From a virus, in the IMG/VR virus record IMGVR_UViG_3300045131_002463, positions 1 through 64,000 of that record: a stretch of DNA of 64,000 bases; one strand, 5' to 3'. The position numbers were made by a program, and so were the translations under genes. The notes beneath the pieces are model-generated. The model ran no database searches and was not told the origin of the DNA. It was given only the letters and a program-made list of their open reading frames with translations. Below are positions 19,110 through 30,061 of the stretch, piece by piece. The number at the start of each line of letters is the position of its first letter. The first letter of the stretch is position 1.

Positions 19110-19567
19110 ATCACTATCTGCCTTTCTGGAATGATTACCCTTTTCTGCCTGGGTTTATTTTTGGGCTTTTCTTTATTTAGTTCATCTACTGTGCCAAAAA
19201 TTAAACGCTCTATATCTCTTATGGACATCGTTAAAGAAAAATTTTCACTAGGGCTGTATTCACTATCTGAAAAATTCCACTTAACAATGCTGCTCTGCAT
19301 CACCTTTAGATAAGAATTTTCCTCTTCTTCCTTAATATAGAAAAGAGGAATCATATCCATAGGAGTATAGATCAATCTATTAAAAAATACTACACTTAAC
19401 TCGTCACATACTCCTTCTAGTTCCAAATCTCTCCATCTATAACCTACTGGCTCCCTCCAGTTACTGGAGCCGTGAGTATATTGTTGTGTATGTATGTTTC
19501 TTGTATAACTAATACGAGTTAAATTTAAAACTTCAGGCTTATCTAGTTCATAGTACAACTTATACAT
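19094..19567 (-). CDS. Hypothetical protein with C-terminal RQIVICRMS tag
   Basis: ORF track. Confidence 0.75.
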   Translation of the reverse strand: MYKLYYELDKPEVLNLTRISYTRNIHTQQYTHGSSNWREPVGYRWRDLELEGVCDELSVVFFNRLIYTPMDMIPLFYIKEEEENSYLKVMQSSIVKWNFSDSEYSPSENFSLTMSIRDIERLIFGTVDELNKEKPKNKPRQKRVIIPERQIVICRMS

Positions 19568-20099
19568 CTCTACACACCATTATCTGCCGTATTCTTGGAA
19601 CTTCTTCTGAATGATATATTACTGTAATCTTCTGTACTGGCTTTTCTATAGGTTTTTCTACGGGCTTATCCGCTATAGTTATAAAAATCTCTCCGCCCCA
19701 TCTAGAGGCACCATAGAATATACTCGTTAGGGGGCGATTAAACCTACTTTTTTTAACTGCTTTAATTGATATATTCAGTATCAATTTCTCTTCGTAAATC
19801 TTATAAAAATCACAATATTCATTTAAAGCTGTAATAGCAGCAGATGTAATAATAGCAGCCCGTTTGTCGTAACTTTTAAACCACAGAGAAGGCTCCCAGG
19901 TAAAGTCTATAGTCCTGGTTATTGGCATAGGTCCTTCTATAGGAACAGAATCTGCTTCTGGTAAAGCACTCCGTAAATCATAAAAGCAGTAATGTTTAAT
20001 CCAACTCTTAATAATGTAAACTCTATATATTATAGATATAATCACTGCAGACAATATCATTCCTAAAAAAATAAAAAGATCCATATATGCTAGCGACAT
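19560..20099 (-). CDS. N-terminal TM protein with C-terminal RQIMVCRDV tag
   Basis: Hydrophobic N-terminus; shared C-terminal motif. Confidence 0.75.
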   Translation of the reverse strand: MSLAYMDLFIFLGMILSAVIISIIYRVYIIKSWIKHYCFYDLRSALPEADSVPIEGPMPITRTIDFTWEPSLWFKSYDKRAAIITSAAITALNEYCDFYKIYEEKLILNISIKAVKKSRFNRPLTSIFYGASRWGGEIFITIADKPVEKPIEKPVQKITVIYHSEEVPRIRQIMVCRDV

Positions 20100-20100
20100 A

Positions 20101-22071
20101 TTATTCCGCCAATCTTGGAATGTGTAAAACAGTGTGTATTCTTTTTATGCGCGGCTCTTCCTTCTTATCCCATTTCTGAATATCAGGAGCAAGACGGCGA
20201 TAAGGAAGAGGCTGATTGCAATTGATTGCAAAATTAATTAAATCCCAAAGCCATTTATTGATATAATGTACTTCGTCTGGAATAAGTCTGTCACTCATAC
20301 AAGTGAGAACGCCCTTAATTCTGGGTACCATCTCATTTTTCATCTTATCTATTCGCTTAGTCTTATTTGTTTCTTTATAATCAATAGTACAATCATCAAG
20401 TATATACTGAATAGTCTCCATCATACCCGCATGATTTTTCTGTAGTCCCTCCCAAATCTCTTGTTCAGAAGCAACTTTAATTCTTTCAAACTCGACTTGG
20501 GGATTTTTATTGTAAGAATGAGCATTAGCTAAATCATTAAGATTACACACACCTTGGGAGGCTAGTGCTACCTCTTGCTCTTCTCCAATAAAAGGAGAGG
20601 GAGCGGTTAGTCCTTCTCTAAATCTTTCAAGTTGTTCAGGATTTAATGTACCCTCTGAGTCGCTTACCCCAGTGGCATTAAAACTATATCTGTATTCCTG
20701 TCCTTGTGGCTCTTCTTGCATTTCCATACCACGATAGGGAGCAGATGTGCCTATAGTTAAAGCCTCTCTAAATCTTTCAAACTGTTCTGGATTTAATCTG
20801 CCTCCGCCTTCATTTAAAAGCTGATGCATAGATATATTAGAGGGCTGCGTATTCTCTCTAGTAACACTTACTGTTCTACCCGCATACAAATCAGTCATTG
20901 CGTCTTCTACTTGTTGATCAGTCAACTCTTCCATTAATATTTCTATTACATCTTCAGGGATACCTATTGTTGTTAAATAATTTCTTAATGTTGTTCTAGG
21001 GGAGAATAGTAAATGATTCTCGTCTACCATATCTGCAACCCTAGAAAGATTAATTAGCGCTCTTCTTGTGCTAATAGTAGTCAATACACTATCAGTATTT
21101 ATTGTATCTATCTGTGCTAAAATCTCTTCACTAGTATGTGTAACTTCAGGATCTACTGTTACAGTATAGTCATATGGTACAGGAAGAAAAGCATTTTCAA
21201 AGGGGGCCCATAAGCTAGTATTATATAATAATGTTGCTAGTTCCCGCCTTTCAGAAAGACTGCCTAAATTGTTCTCTGGTTGCATTAAAATATATAAGTT
21301 ACCGGGATCAATATCTAATCTTATACCCAGTTCCTGTCTTATATATTCTTTCTCTTCTTCAGTCAAAACATGAGAATGAGCAATATGCCTAGCCTGCAAT
21401 GCTACTGTTCTACACACATTACCTAAATATAGTAGTCTTTCATCTAAAGTATTAAAAGTTAAGTTAGCATACTGAGTAGCAGATGAGGAAATATACTGCA
21501 TTAAAGCAGGGCAAAGAGCCCGTAGTCTAGTCTCTACAGGTACCGACAGCGTAGTATAAGAGGAATCAACAGTAGGGAATGACATATTTATATCGCTATA
21601 CACCCTATGTAATATATACACCCATCTTGATAATAACCCTATAGCACCTGAGTTCAACCCTACCGGAGCTATAATATCTTCTATTCTTCTAGTTAGTATA
21701 TTAGCAATATCATGCGCCTGATATCCAGTCATGTTGCTCATAAAATTATAAATAAATATTCTAACGCTAACCATAAGATCTCTATGGTTATCCCATAAAT
21801 CTCTCCATGCCGGATAATTTCTACCATAATCAAAGATATAATTAAGATGCTCTCTATAAGCTGATGTGGTGTCTAAGTATAAAATGTGAGCCAACCCTCT
21901 AAAATTATCTTCTGAAAAACTATTCCAGTAATATTCTAGATTCCTGCCTTCAGAATAAGGATTCCTTAAAACATCGGGCATTATCTCCACTAAGTCCTCT
22001 ATTCTATAGGTTACACGAGAGGCACCTAGCCCAGGTCTTGATGGAGTATTTTCAGTAACTTCTGGCGGCAT
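20101..22071 (-). CDS. Large hypothetical protein (656 aa) with a duplicated G-x-LNPEQ-x-ERFRE motif
   Basis: Internal repeat GRLNPEQFERFREAL / GTLNPEQLERFREGL. Confidence 0.8.
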   Translation of the reverse strand: MPPEVTENTPSRPGLGASRVTYRIEDLVEIMPDVLRNPYSEGRNLEYYWNSFSEDNFRGLAHILYLDTTSAYREHLNYIFDYGRNYPAWRDLWDNHRDLMVSVRIFIYNFMSNMTGYQAHDIANILTRRIEDIIAPVGLNSGAIGLLSRWVYILHRVYSDINMSFPTVDSSYTTLSVPVETRLRALCPALMQYISSSATQYANLTFNTLDERLLYLGNVCRTVALQARHIAHSHVLTEEEKEYIRQELGIRLDIDPGNLYILMQPENNLGSLSERRELATLLYNTSLWAPFENAFLPVPYDYTVTVDPEVTHTSEEILAQIDTINTDSVLTTISTRRALINLSRVADMVDENHLLFSPRTTLRNYLTTIGIPEDVIEILMEELTDQQVEDAMTDLYAGRTVSVTRENTQPSNISMHQLLNEGGGRLNPEQFERFREALTIGTSAPYRGMEMQEEPQGQEYRYSFNATGVSDSEGTLNPEQLERFREGLTAPSPFIGEEQEVALASQGVCNLNDLANAHSYNKNPQVEFERIKVASEQEIWEGLQKNHAGMMETIQYILDDCTIDYKETNKTKRIDKMKNEMVPRIKGVLTCMSDRLIPDEVHYINKWLWDLINFAINCNQPLPYRRLAPDIQKWDKKEEPRIKRIHTVLHIPRLAE

Positions 22072-22072
22072 A

Positions 22073-24945
22073 TTAAATCCCTAATAAGCTTTTAAAGTAT
22101 CGTTTAAAGAGAGTTTTTCTAAAATGTTTTCTGTATAGTTTAGTATAATCCTGCAAGTGGCACTGGCAAGCGGGGCATACGATTCTATCTTGGTTATCTT
22201 CAATATTATCAAAAGTAACTATAACGTCTTTCTCTTTACACCAAGAACATTCTTTTATCTCTACCCACCTAAAATTACTTTGTATTCTAAACGGAACTTC
22301 GAAAGGCTCAAAATATTTAAGATTACCATAAGGGTCGTATTTCATATTCTAGCCTACCATAACTACATGGGTATATTTTTTAAAGTCGTAACGAATATGA
22401 TCTGTATGATACTGATTTTCCTCTTCCATGCCTTTTAATATTTTATACAAACCTATTCTAAATGCCGTTTCTATATTAGATGCTGTTATGTCCAGCCACC
22501 AATAATCTCCTAGATATCCAGTTAGACATTCCTCTTCTATTTCATCTATAGACCACCAGTTAGCAAATCTATATTGGTCCTGACAGTCTCCAAAAGTATA
22601 AGTATCATTTTGTCGTATATACCAACGCAATATATACGGATCAAACTCTAACCGCTCACAAGACATTTGATATATCACTTCATTTCTCCATTAAATATCA
22701 TTAATGCCTGAGAAAAAGCAGCTAACGGAGTTGGTTGCTCCACCCATACTATTTCTCCTGGGACTGTAGGTGTGGGGCCTCCCTTATCTATCTCTATATC
22801 AGTGTCATAGATAATATTATGATTAAAAGTAAGCATGCCTTTTGTTACTTTTTGGATCCACCATCTATCCTCGTTCACCGTTCTATCTACTCTATATACT
22901 GGCATCCTCATCCTCACAATCTGAGTAAATAGTATACCCATAAGGGACCCAACCGGCTGTTATTTTATCTAGGTGTCTTCTTACCATAGGAGTAATAGTA
23001 ACATCTTTCTCTTTAGCTTCTTTTACAATAAGACCAGCAAGATCTCTAATATTTTCCATTATTTCGGGTGGGATAGTCTTATCAAATTCCTCAGAAAAGG
23101 GAGAAAGCATTTCCCCAAAATCAATAATCCTAAGATAAGGGGAGTCTTGCTTGTTAGTAAGCATACGCACCACGCCCCACATAACCTCTCCGGCGTTAGT
23201 AAATGTGTATGGCTCTCCCTGTTTAGCTAGTTCTTCTTTTATACAGCTCTTCACTGCGTCTACAACTTTTTCTAAATCCATAATTTATTCCTTCCACTCT
23301 AATGTTAGTATAAAAGCCTCATCTGACTTTCTATGTATATCAAACTTCCAGCTTCCATTTTTCTGACATATAATATTCCTCACTATACCTGTTATCTTTT
23401 TTCCTTTATTTGAAGTAATATGCACATCATAGCCCTGCTTTACAACGGAAGCAGAGGTAAGAAATTCGTCCTCTTCATTTTTTTTCTTTTTCATTATTCA
23501 TCCTTAGCCAGTCTATTATCAGGCAAGTAATACAAAATACTACTATGAAGAAGCAAGAAAAAATACTTATTAGCAGATACCAATAGAAAATTGTATATAG
23601 ATCAATCATTTAACCAATCTCCAGCTACCATACGCCTGATCCCACCTTACTTTTCTCATAGACTGGTCTATCCATATAATATCCTTAATCTCTCCGTCTC
23701 GGTATCCCTCTGGTCCTATGGAGGAATCTCTCCCTTCCAATAATCTTACAGTCAGTATGTGATTTATCTCGTGATCTTTCTTGGTTGGCATAACTAGCGC
23801 CCCAAGAAGAAAAATAAGTAAACTAACCATGAGTAATACTATAGCCATTTCCATATTATTCTCTCCCTATAAGGTACCCTAGAAATAAACCCCCACATAG
23901 AGAAATAGTGGATAGTATAAACATAGAACCAATACTAATCTTTACATTATAAAATTCATGAAGTATATCTAGCATATTAAAACCATCTTATTTTCCTGCC
24001 GTCTTTTTTTATAATCCCACGAAAACCCCTACGTTTACTGAAGCGGATCTTACATATATCACCAAATATTTCAATATAGTCATCTAAAGTAGTAACAGCA
24101 GTTTTTTTACCTAAGCCAAATCCAATTTGTACATCTTGATTTGGATATGCCACTTTCCAGTATTCCGCTAATTCATAGAAGGGCGAACCTTCTTCTAATT
24201 TAGACGTCATTTTCTTCTCCTTTTCTAATTAACTTTCTAATATATCCAGCTACCTTATTTGCGGTAGATTGATATTCCTCATCCAACTCTGGATCATTAG
24301 GGCAATACTCTTTTAAAATCTTCCTCATATTATGAGGTGACCCAAAATTCAAGCGTAACATGCCAATTAATATACGATATGTATCTTCTGACGGAGTAGG
24401 ATGAACAAAGCGCACATGCTCCAATATAGATATTGCCTCTTCTTCTTGTTCCACTCCAAATTCCTCAAGTATTTTAAAGTAACTATCCAATTATCACGCC
24501 CCATAAGTGAAACTGACTACAAATTTCTTTTCGTCCCATACTAATATGACTACTGTAGACTCTGGGATTATTCCAGTTTCAAGAAAACTCATAACCTCTA
24601 TTGGATTATAAGTTATTTTTTTTGTATAAGCAGGATCCTCATCCTCCCGATTATTATAATCTCTATTAAAGCGGGTGATTTCATATGCGAGCATAAAAAA
24701 AACTCCTTCATATTTTATTTTCTATGAAAGAGTTATAACATATTTTTTAATGCTTGTCAAGCAATTTTTTTAGATGGCACGTTTTTCTTATCAAGGTGTC
24801 GTTTTAATGATATTCTATAACTTTCACCGTATTCCTTATCAAGCTTTTCTTTTAGCTGATTCGCTAGTTTTTCTTTGTACACAAAATATTTAGGAGCCCC
24901 GGGAGACTCCACGGAAATTTCAAATATTTCTTGTGTTTGTTCCAC
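22073..24945 (-). other. Run of ~10 small hypothetical ORFs
   Basis: ORFs 22073 (CxxC...CxxC), 22349, 22675, 22892, 23285, 23606, 23977, 24200, 24494, 24757. Confidence 0.7.
24732..24760 (-). promoter_or_regulatory. Sigma70 promoter TTGACA-17-TATAAC
   Basis: The -35 box overlaps the TGA stop of the upstream ORF. Confidence 0.7.
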
Positions 24946-24955
24946 ACAACCTCCA

Positions 24956-25594
24956 TTAAAAGGTTAGAAGAAAATTAATCGAAGGCCCACTTATTTTAAT
25001 ATTGTCATATACTCTATATGAATAGCCTAGCCCTAAGGCGGCCCTATTATTAAAACGATTATATCTAAAATCTAAAAAGTAGTCCTTTGGAGTATAGAAT
25101 CCCTTTATACTAGCATTGTTTCCTTTATATAATAGTTGAGAATAATATACGCCAAGACCCCTTGTGTTACTTGTTAAATTATCTACATAATTTATTTTAT
25201 CTCCCACAACAGTATTATAATTTCTTGTATAAGAGTCTACAAAAAAAGGTTCAATTAATGCACCAGAGAAACGAAAAGGATACCCTATCTCCATTCTACT
25301 GGCACTAAATCCATAAGTAAATGTAGCAGGTAGGCTCTTCTTCTCCTTCTCATCAAAGATACTAACAGCTGCATTATACTCCCTATTACATAGGTGATAG
25401 CCCCTAATAGTACAAACTGATACTAGCCCTACTTCCACCTCACAAGAAATATTTTTATTTTCAAAGACACTGTTCAAAAATAAATTTTGTGTGGTCTGAG
25501 TGGAATATATAGGCGAAGCTCCAATAGATACTTGTGCATTAGCTATAGTGGCTAATGCTAGAATGCTCATGCAAATTGCTATTATTTTTGTCAT
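24956..25594 (-). CDS. Putative outer-membrane beta-barrel protein (start revised to MTKII)
   Basis: Signal peptide ending ANA-Q, alternating aromatic/hydrophobic strands, C-terminal Phe (INFLLTF). Confidence 0.6.
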   Translation of the reverse strand: MTKIIAICMSILALATIANAQVSIGASPIYSTQTTQNLFLNSVFENKNISCEVEVGLVSVCTIRGYHLCNREYNAAVSIFDEKEKKSLPATFTYGFSASRMEIGYPFRFSGALIEPFFVDSYTRNYNTVVGDKINYVDNLTSNTRGLGVYYSQLLYKGNNASIKGFYTPKDYFLDFRYNRFNNRAALGLGYSYRVYDNIKISGPSINFLLTF

Positions 25595-26198
25595 TTTTCG
25601 CTCCCTCTCCCGTTTCCTTAAAATGATTATATATCTTCTCATGAATTTCTATAAAAAATCCCCTCTCAACTTTCAACAGCCTACATATTCTTTCCTCCAC
25701 GTAGCAATCAATATCGAGTCTTTCTAGCTCCATGCTAGTCCTCCATCCACTCTGGTCTCTTTCTAGGAACAAATTCAGTTCCAGTAGCTTCTGCTAATAT
25801 TTTTCGTTGAGCTTCCGTAATTGCGTGAAAGGACCACAACCCTTTAAGTATGTTAGCAAAGTCCTTTTTTTCCTGTAAAGAAAGGGCATTAAAAGCACTC
25901 CAAAGTTGCCCTGGTCTTTCTGTATTATACAGCTTAATCATATCTTTAAATAACTGTAAAGCTTTCTCATCTGTCATTTTATTTCTCCGGTCCAGTTATA
26001 ACTTCCCACCTACCATCTGTAGTATCTAGCCTAACAATATACCAACCATGTGTTTCTAACTCGTCATAGTTATCAAGAAAGACTCTTTGTATAGCGGGTT
26101 TAGTATCCATACGTAAGTCTAACTTAATTCTTTTCTCTTCCTTCCGGAAGAAAGATAGCAGCCACTCTTTCAATTTAGTAATCATCTACTCTCCTATC

Positions 26199-28121
26199 TT
26201 AATAGTCAATCCTATAACAAAATCCAGGACTTACATCTTCCAGACCCGGACTCTCAGGGCAAAAACATACGGCCCAAGGATACCTCAATTCTTCTAACAC
26301 TCTTCTACCTGAAAAATTATAATGCACACTTTTCCCTACATCATGCATAATTATTATTCCTGTCTTTTTAAGTTTAGGAATCCAGATATCTAGTTCTCTC
26401 TTACCTGCTTCATACGAGTGACTAGCTACATCATGGTGGATTATATCAAGTGAATTATCCTCAAACTGCTCCGCTGCATTCTCTGCCAAGTCCTGTATAA
26501 AAAATGTTTTTTGATTATCAATAAGCGGAAAAAGGTGAGGATGTATATTTGTGTCTATAAACGTAGCTTTTCTAAGTGTATACCCTAAGTTATTAATAAA
26601 GAAACGCGCACTCAATCCCTGATCTGATCCTAATTCTACAATATTAATAGGTCCGCCACTAACTCTATTTAAAGCAAAATCTACTGCAAATTTATAGAAT
26701 TCCTCAAATAGTGTAAATTGTGTGGGATGAACAAGATCTTCATAAGAATAATTTCGAATTTGTTCTTTTTCTTCCTCCGTCATAATTTCTTTAAAATCAT
26801 TATAGCCCTTAAAGATAACAGCAGCCGCTTCAGGTGTTCCTTCATTTAATATTCTAACAATAGCCATTTCTTCATTATAACATATTATAGATTTAATACT
26901 TTCTTTGATCTCTACATTATTAAAATTTTTTACTATCATATAATTATTAGGATCAATATGTATTTCTGTGGCCTGAAAATGAGGCTTTAGATAATCAGGG
27001 ACGTGTTTATTACTAAATAACCAAACACTATTATGTTCCTGTAATCCATCCTGTATCTCACAGTTACCACATCTCATGTGATAATAAGAAGCTTCATCCA
27101 TTCTACCTAATCTCTGACAGGCTACAGACATCCACCTCAGGGGGGCTATAGTCCTCATAGCAACAAAATCAAAAATAACAGGAGCAGATACCGCATTAAT
27201 AGCGTGCTCGTACCAGACAGCCGCTAAGGCCCATTTTTCTTGAACTCTATAAATATCCCCTAGCAGGGTAGAGGCAAAAGCAGCTTTAGGGTACATATTT
27301 ACAGCAGTAAGCCCGGTATCAATCGCTTTATCAAATTCTCCCTGAGCTACATAGATATTCATTAGATCTAAATATGCCTGATATTTTTCGGTGACATTGT
27401 CACTTATATTTAAGTAAACATAATAACTAGGAATAGCATTATAGTAATCGTTGTTATTATACAACTCTCGGGATAAATAAAATAAATTTCTAGCATTACC
27501 GGGTTCCTTTTGTAACGCATCCTGTAGAATTTTTATATTACGGGTACGTTTCTTATTACTTTCCTCTGGGGTTTCCATTTTATTATGAATAAGCTTATAT
27601 TCATCCCAAGTAACCTCTCCTGCATATTCAGGCAAAACAAGTTGCTCTACTTCGTGTGCGGCCCCCACCCATGTATAAGGACTTTTTCCGTCTTCTGTAA
27701 CTTTCCAAAAACGTTTTCTATTTAAAATTAATCCTTCAGTATAATTATAGGGAAGAATAACTGAGTTAGGTTTGGCTGCTTCTAATCTTTCTGTAAGCCT
27801 ATCAAAATTCACAGAGGGATCCCACACATCATCACTATCCACCCAGTAAACATAATCACATTCTGGATATTTTCCTAGTAGTATAGATAAGCAATTATTT
27901 CTAGCTTTAGAAAAATCATTTTCCCACATTTGTTTATATACATATAAATCAGGAAGATAGGTCTCTCTAAATTCAAGCAATTTATCAGTAAGCTCTTTAG
28001 AAGCGGGGGCATCTATAGCTAAAACTACAACATTAGCTAGTGTCTCTTGTGCTTTAAGACACTCTACAATTTCATCTAAATCATTTCTCGCAATAACATA
28101 ACATCCGATAATTATTGACAT
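26199..28121 (-). CDS. GT2 glycosyltransferase - TPR - class I SAM methyltransferase fusion
   Basis: WENDFSKARN, YWVDSDD (DxD), WVGAAHE; TPR-like helices (RNLFYLSRELY); VELGSDQGLS...DIIHHD...LKKTGIIIMHD. Confidence 0.85.
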   Translation of the reverse strand: MSIIIGCYVIARNDLDEIVECLKAQETLANVVVLAIDAPASKELTDKLLEFRETYLPDLYVYKQMWENDFSKARNNCLSILLGKYPECDYVYWVDSDDVWDPSVNFDRLTERLEAAKPNSVILPYNYTEGLILNRKRFWKVTEDGKSPYTWVGAAHEVEQLVLPEYAGEVTWDEYKLIHNKMETPEESNKKRTRNIKILQDALQKEPGNARNLFYLSRELYNNNDYYNAIPSYYVYLNISDNVTEKYQAYLDLMNIYVAQGEFDKAIDTGLTAVNMYPKAAFASTLLGDIYRVQEKWALAAVWYEHAINAVSAPVIFDFVAMRTIAPLRWMSVACQRLGRMDEASYYHMRCGNCEIQDGLQEHNSVWLFSNKHVPDYLKPHFQATEIHIDPNNYMIVKNFNNVEIKESIKSIICYNEEMAIVRILNEGTPEAAAVIFKGYNDFKEIMTEEEKEQIRNYSYEDLVHPTQFTLFEEFYKFAVDFALNRVSGGPINIVELGSDQGLSARFFINNLGYTLRKATFIDTNIHPHLFPLIDNQKTFFIQDLAENAAEQFEDNSLDIIHHDVASHSYEAGKRELDIWIPKLKKTGIIIMHDVGKSVHYNFSGRRVLEELRYPWAVCFCPESPGLEDVSPGFCYRIDY

Positions 28122-28140
28122 TTTTTCTCCTGATTTATTT

Positions 28141-28217
28141 TGGTAGGACGGGCCGGTTATGCTCCGGCTACCTCAGGGGCCACAACCCTGTGTTCTGCTA
28201 ATTGAACTACCGCCCTC
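28141..28217 (-). tRNA. tRNA-His(GUG), CCA encoded, atypical T-loop
   Basis: G-AGGGCGG/CCGTCCT-A-CCA acceptor, CAGGG-TTGTGGC-CCCTG anticodon arm, GCCGG-AGCATAA-CCGGC T arm. Confidence 0.85.
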
Positions 28218-28226
28218 GTACACATT

Positions 28227-29390
28227 CTAATAGTTCTCACCTAATTTAGATATTACAAAACCATCATTCTCTGGACGCTCCGCTTTATTCAAAGCAATAA
28301 TTATATCTATTAATCTAAACTCTTTATGACACTCGTTACGTTCGTAATTAAAAGTAGTGTCATCTCCTATAGTCCATCTTTTAGCTTCTCTATAGTCCAT
28401 ACAGGAGGGACAAAAAACTCTAGGTATAATATCAAACAATGTATCTGTCATGTCTAAAACCAGTCGAATACGCCGTCATTTAGAAAGCAACAAACCATAT
28501 TCTGACGATTTGCTACCTTAACACATTCAGTAAAATTACTACGAACTTTTTTTCCATTTTCGTATTCGTTTTCTTCTACTTTTACTTTAGCAGCCCACTC
28601 TCCATCATGACAAAAAAAAGTATCAGGTACCCATCTATCAGAACCATCTTCGGGCTCTGTATAGTTATAATAACAATAATACTGAAGACTCCCATCTTCA
28701 TCAATGTCATTATCTATGTTACTATAGATACAGTTTTTACAAGTAAGGTCTTCAATTTTTTGGCATAGTTCCATTATTTTGACTCCTTTTTATTATATTC
28801 TCCGCTGCGGGGTGTCCGGGCCCAAAAATAGAGCAGCTCTTTTTTGCAATTTTATCAGGATCTAATTGACAATAGAATTTGTGATTTAATTCAAAAGAAT
28901 CAGGATTTTGATGTATCCCTTTGGAAACTTCCTTCGCCATAAACCACGTTTTCTTTTCTTTTTGATGCATAAATTTTCCAACATAAAAATCAAATAATTT
29001 AGCTATTATAATAGTAGAAGCAATGTTTGCCTGAGGCCCTTTAAAATAAAAGAAAGGACCATCTCCTGAACTATCTCGTATACTTCCTACATTTAAATTA
29101 TAATCTCTCAAAACTTCATTAGCAATAGCAGAATTAAATCCACCTTTAGAAATACCCGCAACGCTTCTCTCGGGACCTTTATTAAGGCCGTCTTCTAATA
29201 TCTGTCTCGATAAAGCTCTTTGGGCCATAATAGGGCCAATTGGGCCTTTAAAATCTTTCTCCTCTAACTTAGATATTACCACTGGTAAATGTTTTTCAAA
29301 ATAAATAGCATGTGGGTCCATACTTGTATAAGAAGGCATTGGTGCCACACCTGTTATTACAACCGCCATAAACATTAGAAATATTCTCAT
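28227..29390 (-). other. Three hypothetical ORFs (28227, 28454 Cys-rich, 28752 with signal peptide)
   Basis: ORF track. Confidence 0.65.
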
Positions 29391-29473
29391 TATAACCTCC
29401 TATGCATATAGCACAAGCCATGTAGGTACAACTGTTATAATCATGTAGTAACTACCTAAAATGTCTACAATAA

Positions 29474-29647
29474 TCACAGCTCTAGCCTCTTAGGTAATGC
29501 CGGAAGTAGAGCCACTATTATTAGGGACACTATCCCAAAGAAGAAACCCAGCACAAGCCACGCTCCGACTGAGCGATTTTTCTGGCTTGCAATGTAGCCG
29601 CTTCCAACAAAGCAAGCGGCCCATAAAAGAAGTCCAAATGCTTCCAT
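29474..29647 (-). CDS. Small 2-TM membrane protein (57 aa, MEAFGLLLW...KNRSVGAWLVLGFFFG), missing from the ORF track
   Basis: AAGGA RBS; two hydrophobic helices flanking a KNRS loop. Confidence 0.65.
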   Translation of the reverse strand: MEAFGLLLWAACFVGSGYIASQKNRSVGAWLVLGFFFGIVSLIIVALLPALPKRLEL

Positions 29648-29657
29648 TTTGTTATCC

Positions 29658-30014
29658 TTATCTAACTGACTGTAATTGCTGCTGAAGCGACTGTAACTGT
29701 TGCTGCCGCTGAGCCTCCTGCGCTTGCATTTGTTGCTGTGCTGCCTGCTGTTGCTGCTGCATTCTCATAGCGTCCTGCTGCCGTGCAACGTTCTGCTGCT
29801 GTTGCATGTTTTGTATTTGCATCTGAATTTGATTACGTTGGGCTTGGGCAGCCTGTTGTCTAGCCATTTCCTGTTGCTGCATTTGAATTTGAGGATTCAT
29901 TTGAGGAGCAGGCATAGGAGGTGCATTTTGTGCATAGATAAAAGAACTGGTTAACAATACAAATAATAGCGCTACTGCTATATTCACGCTTCCTCTAAAA
30001 ATTGTCGATGACAT
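29658..30014 (-). CDS. Secreted Gln-rich low-complexity protein
   Basis: Signal peptide ending IYA-Q, then a Q/M/A-rich coiled coil. Confidence 0.7.
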   Translation of the reverse strand: MSSTIFRGSVNIAVALLFVLLTSSFIYAQNAPPMPAPQMNPQIQMQQQEMARQQAAQAQRNQIQMQIQNMQQQQNVARQQDAMRMQQQQQAAQQQMQAQEAQRQQQLQSLQQQLQSVR

Positions 30015-30061
30015 TTAAAACTCCTTAGTTTTAATTACGGGCCTAAGCCAGTTGTTTTTAT

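Noticed and set aside
29497-29954. Plus-strand ORFs 29497 and 29700
   Set aside because: Antisense shadows of the membrane protein and the Gln-rich gene
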